Below are positions 53,401 through 64,000 of a stretch of 64,000 nucleotides of DNA, piece after piece; position 1 is the stretch's first letter, and each line of letters opens with the position of its first letter. Origin of the DNA: Paraspadella gotoi (lineage: Eukaryota > Animalia > Chaetognatha); NCBI GenBank assembly GCA_051294375.1, contig CM119263.1, positions 23,184,525-23,248,524 on the forward strand, read 5' to 3'. The notes under the pieces are model-generated. The model was given only the letters and a program-made list of their open reading frames with translations. It ran no database searches and was not told the origin of the DNA. The position numbers and the translations under genes were made by a program.

Positions 53401-55130
53401 AAGAGATCTTGAGCCGGAAAAGCATGGTATCGTTGGTTGGCAAGCCCAGCAAACGACGCAGCGACGAGCTGGTCGCAGAGGAGAAGAAACTGTTCGCCGA
53501 TCGCGTCGCCCGCATCGGGCCCGATGGGCTTGCCGAGAAGGCTCGTGTACTGAAGGAGGCGAAAGAGAAGAACGACGTGGGGATTCCCAGAGAAATCCTG
53601 GAATCGATCCCGATTCCCAGCGTAGATTCGGTGAAGCTCCCTTTCGTCGAGAGCGTCCGCAATAAAAGGCTAGAGCCGGGGAAGCCCGCGCCTTCGACTG
53701 ACTTCGACGAGTACCTCAACGCGGCTGATCTGCCTTTCGCCGCGCAGATATCTAACTTGGACTCTTCCTTCGTTGAATTGACGGCGTTCGTACGACTCGG
53801 CGACGCTCCCATAGAGCTGAAGAGGTACATCCCGCTGCTCGTGAAACTCATCTTCAACACGGACGTGAAAAGGGGATCTCGGACGGTTTCTTACGAGGAA
53901 ATCGTAGACGAATTGCAGCGAGATACAGCTCAGCATTATTTGAGCTATCGAACCTCGGACATCAATGGATGGTTGCAAGTTTACATCAAGGTGGAGAAAG
54001 ACAAGCTGGAGAAAGGGTTGCAGTACCTGAAAGAAGCGTTGTTCGATCAAGTCTTTCGCGTCGACAGGATCCAACACTATCAGAATGCCTTTAAAAACTC
54101 TCTACCGGCGATCCTCCAAAATGCTTATCATATGACCCACGAGGTTTTCGTGCAGACCATGTTTCGAAATGACAGCGACCTGATCCTTGTCACGATGGCT
54201 GAGCAAAGTAAATTGGCCAAACAGGTTGAGGACGACCTGGAGAACAACAACGGCCTTGGCTCTGTCGCTAAACTCAACGAACTGGTCGCATATTTAAAGA
54301 ATCCCTCACGGTTGATCGTCCACTTGAGTGGCAACATCACCGACCTATCAGAGATGTTTAATAAGCAGGGTCGAGATCTGAAGACAGTTTTGAAGGATGG
54401 TCTCGATGCGTTTGCCGACAACAGTCCGATGGAGACCGAGAGTCGTTGCTCCCAGTTCAAACCACTTTCCTACTTCTTGCTCGACATCAAGCCAGGCACG
54501 CGGATGCAGATCGTGAGTATGAGTTCCATCGAAGCCGGAAATCTCGGCGTCTCATCTCCACTCGGCGGCGCCTTGTCTCAGGAGGAGGAAGCCGCCTGCA
54601 AGGTCGTCGAAAGTTATTTGAACATGATGGAAGGCCCCGTCTGGAAGCAGATCCGCGGGCTGGGCCTTGCCTACAACTTTCACTTCTCCTTTTCCCGCGG
54701 AACCGGTACCGTGAGATTCGACGCCAACCGCGTCAGCAACGTGATGGAAGTGTACAAAGAAATGCGCAGATACTTTACCGACTTCGCCGTCGACGAGATG
54801 TCGCTGCAGTCTGCGCGTAGCACGTTCATTTTCGAACTGATCGACGGCAGCGATCCGGCCACCCAGAAGGCCGACTCGGACATGCTCAATTGCTTCAGGG
54901 GTCGACCCTATTCCTACATCAAAGACCTCATGGACAAAGCGATCAAAGTCTCCGCGGCCGACGTGGAGCGAGTCGTCGATCGGCGCCTTCGCCCGCTCTT
55001 CAACGGAGGAAACGTGAGCATCATCGTCGCCGCCAATCCCTCCAAAGTCGACGGCATCGTCGAGGGATTCGAGACTTTGGGCGTCGACGTTACTCGCGTC
55101 ACCGTCGAGTCGATCGTCGGGACGCTGTGA
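50421..55130 (+). CDS. Peptidase M16 (insulinase superfamily, M16C/presequence-protease-like, C05D11.1-type) zinc metallopeptidase, 7 exons, 1060 aa, with an N-terminal transmembrane segment
   Basis: Exons 50421-50529, 50699-50815, 51188-51330, 51425-51604, 51810-52206, 52390-52564, 53069-55130 all have GT..AG boundaries and join in frame (3183 nt). Inverted zinc motif HTLEH in DDDGLPHTLEHLVFMGSKKYPYKG, NAWT, GVVFSEM (third Zn ligand), YHRRFYRPEN, and C-terminal WKQIRGLGLAY. AATAAA at 55334-55339. Confidence 0.93.
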
Positions 55131-58100
55131 CGATTGAGCGAATGTCGCGGAACGGAAGTCTCACGTTTTCCGAGTTGAACAAGACGTACATATTTCTCCC
55201 AGACTTAGTTGTCAACCAAAATAACTTTTTCATTAACATTACACGATACACATTTTTTACTCAATTTTCTCGGTATTGAATGTCGCTATGGCCATTATCA
55301 TTTTCTACTAGATTCGCAGTTGTCTACGTCGATAATAAAAAAATTAAAGACGGCATTTAGATATTCCTTAGCAAAAATGTTTTGGTAGCATTGCAATGAT
55401 ACTTAAACAATAAGCATGTTGCGAATCAAACGAAATATCGTTGTTTTTTTTTTGTTTTACATTGGAGGCTCAGCAATTTGTTTTAACTTAATCGGTTTTT
55501 ACATTTTCAGACGTGAATTTAATTCCTTTTAAAAAGTAATTTGCGTATGTTTGTTCAAAATTTCAGTTCGAGGCTTAAGAACTGATTTCGTTATACTGTT
55601 GCCTCCATTTTTTTTGTTTCGATTCACGAGACGGTGTTGTAGACTTAGGAAATATCTTTAATTTTTCTTAATCTTATTTCTTGATACATGTGTATCAAGT
55701 TAAATGATTTCGAATTATCGGGCGTTTCCCTTTCGTTTCGCCCGCTTCACTTGCCCAATAGTTTTAACAAACCGCATTTATTTTTTTTTTATTTTCAACG
55801 TTAACTTCATTTTTAACTGCCCTTAAAAAATTTCAAAGAAAATTTTAAAACTTACCATTTTCGTTGTTTAAATGTTGTTAACATGATTAAACCGCAACTA
55901 AATGTCACCAGAAAATGCAAACCAACGCTTTTTTTCTCATCACTTAGTTTAGAAGACGGGGTTTATTTGAGTTCAAGGGTTAAAAAAGATATAATTTATT
56001 TAAAGGGTTTGCGATTTCCTAAAACATAGGAAACTCAGATTTGTGACGGTCACAATCAGTCAATCGGTCTTACCCTGAGTCCTAGTGAGCCGGATCCATT
56101 CCATTCATTTTCTTATTGAAAAACGGCGTAGATTTTTAACGACGTAAACTTATTAATACAAAACCGTAATCCATGATAAATAAAATGTAGTTACAAAGGT
56201 TATGAATTAAAAAAAAGGGAAAAAAATTCGTCTTTTTGAAGGCAAGTTGAAAATTCCATGTGGTGATTGCTCTGTCTCCCATGGATCGAGTCGGATTCGA
56301 TTCCCTCGGTCTTCGTTATCCAGTTCGAAGGCTCTGATTAGCGATACAGAAGGAAGACAATAGCGGCCGGACAAAAGATCAATGGGATCCCTCTATCGAT
56401 CCAAATGTCTTACCTTCGATCTGTTTCTAAAAAAAAAAAAAGGTTGGAAATGTAACTCGAACCGCTAAGACAACTCTTTTTTACTTTCTTGGCTTTCCCC
56501 GTCTTCGAAATTTCTCCTCTCCACTTTGCTCTCCCCAAAACTCGACGTATTTATTCTTTAACGCGCCCGCTTTATGATGCCGTTTAAGACGCGCCTATGG
56601 GCTCGTAAATTTGAATAATTGAAAAGCGCCTGCCGTAGCGACGGAGCTGGTGACGCCTCACGCCCTCACGGCGTCGTAACGGTGACATATTGAAACGGAA
56701 AAAGAAAAGGAGACGCGGAACGAAACGTCGCTTGTGCCATTCTTTTTTTTTGGGGGGGGGAGGACGATTCCGAATTGAAGCTTGGTGCGATGGTTTTAAT
56801 CGTTTAGAATTGACAGCGAGTACATGTATATGGCCAAGATTGGATGAGCGTCTCAATTTATTACTTCCTAAAAACTGATTTCTAAAACGAAAGTAGAAAC
56901 CAAAAAAAAAAAATATATATATATATATCTGATATTTCCTTCTTCCCAAAATTCCGCTGATGAACGGTTGGTGGATTTTAGTTCACCATAATAAATTACT
57001 TTTTAGATTAAACCCGTTTCGAGAATACCGAACAAATACGTAACTAAAACTTTGATGCATTCGTTTTTGCTTCCGTTGCATCTTTTCCTCCCTAATCCCC
57101 ATTCCTATCCCCCCACTACCCCCCACCGTCTCCCCCTCCGCGCACAAAAGCAACAATTCCTTCTCGATGCAGCAGAGGTCTCTATTCATAGATCATGAGG
57201 CTAAAAGCATCGACGCAGCCTTTGGCAGCCGCCTCGCCCATAAACGATGGAATCGACGATGAATACAGGTGTTGAAAGGTTTTATCATCTTTACCCCCCC
57301 CCCTTTTACTCCCCACCCACATTCCATCCGCAGCCCGCTCTCCGCCCCCCCTCCCTGTTGCACCGCGATGGTTCGTGGTCGAACCAAACTTGTTTCTTCC
57401 TCGCGCGATAATAGATGGTCTCACCGACGAGGGGGAAAAATGGTGAGAGAGTATTGAAGGGGAGACGCACGGGGTGTTGAAGGATCGGATTCTTTGTCGT
57501 GCAGTAAAACAAGTAAAATAAGGGTTGAACGGAGTTATTAGTTTTGAGTTAATGTTAAAGTTAGTTAATGTTAATGTTCGATGTACACAAAACAAGACTG
57601 CGCAATGGTTAGTAAAAATTTCGTTAATTTTAAAAAATTAGTTAAACTGGGTAAATTTGATTCGCAATTACGTACCTAAGTTTGTGTTTAAGACTGGTCG
57701 AGCGAATTCGAAGCAATAGTGCAAGGTGCTCCGTTTACATCATGAGAGTATAAGTCAGTATAAGTCGACGTGATGTTCATTTAATTTCGAGTTTTAAAAA
57801 GAGAGATCGAAAGAGGGAGGGTCCTATTTCCTCCAAAAAAATCGAAAGAACACGGGCAGAAGATTCCAGACGTGACGATGACGACGAAGACGATGATGAC
57901 GGTCAGTTCTGCCTCGTCCCTTGTTTGGTCCCCGGGGACCGATTTGGGAAAGAAGAGAGAGGGGGGGAAAAGGGCGACGAAATGACGACGATGATGATGA
58001 CGATGATTATTTGGCAGCGATGGCGCTTTGATCGGTCCAGCGGCGGTCAAGCGGTGTTCTCATTGAATGCGGTCAGACGCGGAGAAACCAGGGCAGCGAG

Positions 58101-58873
58101 ATGGTGAGGACGTGAGAAGGTAAGGGTGAGTGGGTGAGGACCAAGATATTATCTATTGGGATTTGGGAGATTATTTTTATTATTTTAATTGTCAAAGTTA
58201 ATGTAACAGTTGCTATTCCGCTACCGGAAACTAAGTTGGCGGCGGCCGGATCCCGAGAGGCGTCGACGCCGCTAATCGAGCGAAGGAGGAAGTCGCTCGA
58301 CGCTGCCGCTTCCCAACACCGTCGCCCCCGCGCCACTCTTGGACACCGTGAGCGACCCGGCGTTGCCGCTCAGATCTTTCCCTATTTTTCCGTTCGAGAG
58401 ATTTGATCGGTTTTGTCGTCAGAAAAGAATTGAGGTTAAGTGTCAACTTGATGGGACAAGCGGTGCCAAGGAGCGAATCGATGGGGAGAGAGAGAGAGAG
58501 AGAGAGAAAGAGAAATGATGACACTATCTCGAACAAATTTTATCTCAAAAAATAGAATTCGATTTAGAATTTTTAAATTGTGATTATTATTATTTAATAA
58601 TTACGAAATACATATCATCATTCACATTACATAAAAAAACAACATATGTCGTGTAAATATTATAGCTAAACTACATACAATTATCGAAATCAAGATTTTT
58701 TTTTTCATTTTTAAAGCTTTTAAATGCCCCCAAAGCAATTATTTAATTAGAATAACCGAAGACTTTTCGGCGCTATTTCAATGGTGCAGAAACATTATAT
58801 AGCATAGCTATAGAAGAAAAAAGTTAAGCGTGTTGTTCGTAATTCTTTTTTTCTTTCCCCGACGATATCTACT

Positions 58874-60199
58874 CTACTGCCCATAATGATCGACGCTCTT
58901 CTTTCTCCTCAGAATCTTCACCCGCCAGAGAACCAACTGCAACGCCATCGCGACTCCGATCCCTGACAACGTGACGATCGCCAACTCGAAGACCACGCCC
59001 ACCGGTAAGTAACTCCCCTTTCTCCTCTTCTCGCATTTCTTCAGCTTCGTGTTCAACTGGTTCTGAGGGTAAGAAAGATCGAGGCGCCCCTTGGCGATCT
59101 CGCCGGCCAAGTGACGATTCAGCGCAGACTGCAACGCCTTCTCTCTTGCGTTGATGACAAAGCCCTTGCTCCAAGCGATGGATGTGTCCTGCACGATCCT
59201 CCATTTGCAGAAATCGAAGTCGTTTAAATACAAGAAGTACGTTGTGGGGGCGACGAAGGCGGCCTTGGGATCGCTCAAGAGGCTCGACCAGGTCGTTGGA
59301 TCTTCGTAATTCAATGTAAGACTCTTAACTTTCCGATTCATTAAGCGTATGAGGACCTCAATGTGGTTACCACTCCAGAAAATATCTAAATGCCGCTTGT
59401 CGATCATGATCTTTCTCTCAAGGTTATCCACTAAATCCTCGAGGCTTTCGACGCGATGCTCGGAGCTGACGACGCTGTAAAGGACTCCCGCCGAGAAGAG
59501 GACGACGAAGAGGAAGACGAAAAATTTCCAGAAAAGACCGAAAATCTGCTTCGGCACGGAACCTTCGAAATTCTCAATGTCGCAGGCGAGTCGAAAAGCG
59601 GAGTTCCATAGAGAATCCATGAGACCGGTTGGGCGTTGTTCTCTCTCGAAAGTGCTCGTCTCCGGCGTAGCTTGACGCGACGCCGCCACTTCCCAACGCT
59701 TCATAATCGCTGCGGCGACAGATGCGAGGATGAACGTGCCAAAAAGCACCGCCCAGCACGACGGATCGAGGGTGTTGAGGAAGACTGACTTCAAGGCGTT
59801 GAAGGTAGGCTCGATGGGCCGCTCGACGATAACCATGTTGGTCAATGTTGTCGGCGTCGACCACCGCAGATTATCCTGCATCCACTCGCGAGTCAGGTAG
59901 TTGGCGAAGCTCATATCGAAGGCCCCCTGTTCCACCATCTGCAGCATTCCTTTTTTGCTGCCCTGCTTCCCAACCCAAGGCCCGTCGTAAACTTGAATCG
60001 TGTACTTGACAGGGCAGCGGGCGAAAAATTCCTTGAGCATGATAGTGTATCGCGCGTCCATCGTAACGTCACCGATGTCGGAAGTGGTTCCGTTTGACTT
60101 CAGCGATTCGCTAACAAACTCGGGCGACCAAAGTTTCATTAGGATACGAAAAGTTCGATTGGAGGCGCAGATTTCGTCGTTGAATACGGACGACGCCAT
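58874..60199 (-). CDS. Divergent, intronless ionotropic receptor (IR; variant ionotropic glutamate receptor family), 441 aa
   Basis: iGluR/IR topology: S1 lobe (GMLQMVEQGAFDMSFANYLT..W...LRWSTP), M1 after VFLNTLDPSCWAVLFGTFIL, pore region DSLWNSAF, a helix IFGLFWKFFVFLFVVLFSAGVLYSVV, S2 start VESLEDLV, final TM VVFELAIVTLSGIGVAMALQLVLW. AAAGATGG start with an in-frame stop upstream (60248-60250). No amino-terminal domain. Confidence 0.85.
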   Translation of the reverse strand: MASSVFNDEICASNRTFRILMKLWSPEFVSESLKSNGTTSDIGDVTMDARYTIMLKEFFARCPVKYTIQVYDGPWVGKQGSKKGMLQMVEQGAFDMSFANYLTREWMQDNLRWSTPTTLTNMVIVERPIEPTFNALKSVFLNTLDPSCWAVLFGTFILASVAAAIMKRWEVAASRQATPETSTFEREQRPTGLMDSLWNSAFRLACDIENFEGSVPKQIFGLFWKFFVFLFVVLFSAGVLYSVVSSEHRVESLEDLVDNLERKIMIDKRHLDIFWSGNHIEVLIRLMNRKVKSLTLNYEDPTTWSSLLSDPKAAFVAPTTYFLYLNDFDFCKWRIVQDTSIAWSKGFVINAREKALQSALNRHLAGEIAKGRLDLSYPQNQLNTKLKKCEKRRKGSYLPVGVVFELAIVTLSGIGVAMALQLVLWRVKILRRKKSVDHYGQ

Positions 60200-62640
60200 C
60201 TTTGAGTTTAATACGAATTTTCGTTCTTGACGAGGAAGCCTCGTATCTCAAAAACAATATCGATTTAGTTCCACCGCGAAGTACCTAAAAGTCACTTTTT
60301 GGTAGGTTTTTCTGTCACACTTATATTTTATGAAAAACTTGTTTTTGTATAGGTTTTATACAATACAGCGTTATGCATTTGGTAATAAGTTGTAGAAATA
60401 AATCTATGGTAGGTAAAAATGATACTGTAGGACGCTTCTTTTGCATATTTTTGCTACTTTATTATCATGTGATTACCCGAACATTTGATCACGCAACATC
60501 TTAGGATTACAATTCCATGTTCTGTGTAAGTGAATCGTGAGGATGAATACAATGCCAAATCCGGCTATTTACATATTTCTGTGTTAGGTTTATGCCAAAG
60601 TAAATATTCAGCGTGTTCGGAATGAAGGATAAAAAAAGGGGAAAAAAAAACCAAAAATGTATACAGCACAAAATTAAAGCATATTCGAGAAAGACTTGTT
60701 TAAAAATACGAAGTGAAAAAGAACGATCGATTGTTTGAAACCAAATGCTAACTTCTGCAGTACCGGGTTTTCGAGCTATTTCTAGACTTTTTTCTAAAAT
60801 TCATTTGAAGTCGTAAAACATATTATTTCTTTCATAAAAATTGGTATCGATGTAGAATAATGTTTCAAGAGCCGATTATATTCATTGTAATCATGATTTG
60901 CCTTAATCATTCTCGATGAATGTTTCTTAATGAAAGCAGACCCTTTTTGCAACTGCGCGCAGCTACAATTAGCCTTGGTCAGCAGCATTGATTAGTAAAG
61001 GGAAATATTAGTGCGCCAAAGTTGATAGGTGTATTACTTAACTATTTCAAGCATAAAATTTATTTAGGTATACCTTTTATTCCTCTGAGTCAACACAAAT
61101 CCATAGTGCAAAACGAATTAATAAAATCTTTTTCCCCTTAGTTTTTCCTTTTTCCTCTTTCACACTGCCTCAACATATCCAAAAACCAAGAATAACTCAT
61201 TTGATGAAATAATAAAACACATAATCTTGGGATCGAATTAAAGGCAAGACCAAGCAGATTCCAAATTTGAATTTATTTTACTATATGACTTAGCGTTTTT
61301 CAATTGGGTTTGTTTAAAAAATCAGTAAAAATTAGATTGTCATTTCTCGCGCGAGAAAAAATAGACTCGTGGCACAAAAGTGGTAATTACCACATTTTCC
61401 GATCACTTTTGGCGGCATTTTTTTTTGGTATCTACTAAAAGCTAAGATAAAGCAGATTCTGAAAATGTTTTTGTTTTTAATCTAATTTAATCTAAATTTA
61501 ACTGTTCTCTCGTAATAAAGGCCCGAATTTAGTCCAGAAAAAAGCTCTAAAACCCGGTATATTTATATTTTATATGTACTCTCTGTTTATCGATTACCAA
61601 ATCCTCTTTTCTCTTTGTCACGACTTTGACTTGTCTCCGCTCAAATTTCTCCTCTCTCTGTGTGCCCACAGATTTACGTCCACGTAACGAGTATGTCACC
61701 GTCACCGTCGTACGGATTCCCGGCTCTCGCAAATTGGATATTTCGTTGACGATTTTTTCTGTCAAAAGTTTGCATAACTCCTCGTTTGTTCAACCTCGAC
61801 AACAACTACGACGACGACGACTATGGAGACGACGACTACGGAGACGACGACGAAAGAGGGAGATTTTTAGTTAATGAAAGGCGTGAGGAAAGAAAGGATC
61901 TTGGCATTCAAGTGGCAATACGCGGTAGGACACGACCTCCTTTCCGAATACCGAACTCAACAAAAAAAGGCGGTCAACCGTTTGACGGTCAAAATTAAGG
62001 AAACCATTTTTTTTTCTGACTCGCGGTTGACGCTGAGCCGTGCGCATTTACGGACGAGTACGCGCGTTTGTCACTTTGGAGGAAGTCTTTTTTTTGGGTG
62101 GGATGGGGCGTTACCGGTCAGTTCCTTCCTTCCTTTTTTTAAAACTGTGATTGGGTTTTAAAATTGTAATTGCTTTTCTTCTGCTTCTTTTTATTTTTGT
62201 CTCTCATATCTTTTACTTCTATTTTCTATTTTAAATTTTCTTTCTATTTTCTATTTCTTTTTCCAAACACTTTCAAAAATGTGTTATACTTTTCCCAACA
62301 AAATAAATGAATAAATAAAAATTAAACAACGAAACAAAATAACCAAAAATCGTCTCGATCTGAACTTCATCTCTTTAAGTTTTAAAAAAAGGGGGAGAAA
62401 ACAAAAGGCCGAGAAGGAGAAAGGAATAAGAGAAAGAGAAAAACAAAAGAAGGAAGAAGAAGAAAAGGAACAAAGCGAAGAAGGAAACGAAGGTCGTTCG
62501 AGTTCGCGAAGAAAAAGGGGGCGCGCCGGAAATGAGAAAAGGCGTCACCCGAAAGATGGACCGTGAAGAAGGGAGGGGAGGAAGGAAGAGGTAGTGGACA
62601 GGAGGATGATATTTGGGGATAGGATAGCTGAAGTTGGAGA

Positions 62641-62697
<57 letters not shown>

Positions 62698-64000
62698 AGA
62701 CAAGATGGAGAGACGAGCCCATTTAAAAAAATGAAGAGTTAAAGAAAGTAGAATCAGAGCGAAATAATTCGCAAAATATTTGTATTATTAATATTAATCA
62801 GAAGTGTGATGATGAAGCGGCACCGTCCTAAACCACGCACAAAAACCCTTACCTCACAACCTCACCCTTCATTTTCCCAGCCGTCGCCTTTCCCTCTCGC
62901 GCGACTGTTTTGTCTGGCGCGATGACAGTTGGACTCCACGTGTCCTTCCCTCAACTCTGACCTTTCATTATTTTGGTGTATGAGCAGCGGGGCGTGCCGG
63001 GCCGAGCGGGACCGAGCGAGGCCGCGCCGGGGCGCCGGGTGGCGAGAATCCGGCGCCTCGAGAGGGCGTGCCTGGGCTCGAAGGGGCGATGAACGCAGGA
63101 TGGCGGATGTTAAAGCAAAACGAGTGCGATAGAGTAGGATGACGTTTGTTTAATAGTTTAAGAGTTTTAATCTACTTACGTTTTTAACAATCTAATTAAA
63201 TTAAATCCACGCTTTTTCCACAGACCGGTAATGGTTTTTACCATGACCTGACTGACTGATCACTCTTAATGCTGTCGTCGTATGTGTCAAGCTCGATTGG
63301 ATCTATCGAGCTCGAATCCACAGATTTCACACTTTACACTGACACTCTTAAAGAGTCTCGTTTTTACCCACCCGTCTTCACTCCTCGTCGTCTCTGGACA
63401 GCTCCAGTTTTGACTCCGACACCTCGCGGGTCAAAGCGAAAGATTTTTAAAAAAGAGCAATCGCTCTAAAAGCCAGAAAGATGGAAATGAAAGAATGAGT
63501 GATGAAAGCAAAGATTATTGTTTAAGGGAAGATGTGAAAATTTCGTTTAATTATATATATAAATTTCTTGTTTAATCTCGACGTCGCGAAAAAGTAGTTT
63601 AATCTTCAAAAGTCAAAACTAACTCCGATAGTTATTATTTATGACGCCAAATTGTTTGTAACGTGTTCGTTTCACGTTCTTGCCAAACGCGGGCTCTTTC
63701 ATTAGCTTTATCTGAGACTTTAGCCGAGGTTAGTTTTGTTTTGTTTTTTCTCTACTGATTTTCGTTTTTTACATCGTTACTTATTATTGTTTATTTTTTA
63801 TTGTAAAATTTAAGACAACGTTTTTGCTTTTAGTTTTCTCATGGACCTTTACATAATTTTAATTTAGTCACTTTTATGTTTTTATTTCGACTTTTTTTCT
63901 AACTTGTCATAACCGAGAAAAACATAATAAAGAGAGAGTCAGATAATATCAAACGATATTTGATATTTGTCAACCAACTTGGTTATTTCGTTTTTTTCAA

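Noticed and set aside
62790-62970. RNase P RNA (minus-strand GAAAGGTCAGAG resembling conserved region I)
   Set aside because: The required P4 partner and other conserved regions are not convincingly present.

Overview
Eukaryotic, spliceosomal-intron-containing genomic DNA from a gapped draft assembly, most likely a protostome invertebrate (it encodes a divergent ionotropic receptor). The background alternates AT-rich stretches, CpG-rich islands and very abundant (GA)n/(GAC)n/(GAAA)n microsatellites, so most ORFs in the supplied track are repeat artefacts. Five protein-coding units are supported: (1) a large terminal exon at 21327-24587 (+) of a low-complexity putative nuclear regulator with a PLNLS CtBP-type motif; (2) a two-exon, very acidic, tail-anchored protein at 35587-36335 (+); (3) a mucin-like type I membrane protein at 39225-40085 (-); (4) a seven-exon, 1060-aa M16C-like zinc peptidase at 50421-55130 (+) that unusually begins with a transmembrane signal-anchor exon; (5) an intronless divergent ionotropic receptor at 58874-60199 (-). 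A family of ~620-bp fold-back non-autonomous DNA transposons with 8-bp target-site duplications is present (two clear copies, one decayed). Two gap-flanking near-duplications look like assembly artefacts. No CRISPR array, rRNA or complete tRNA was seen. All calls come from reading the sequence by eye, with no database searches.
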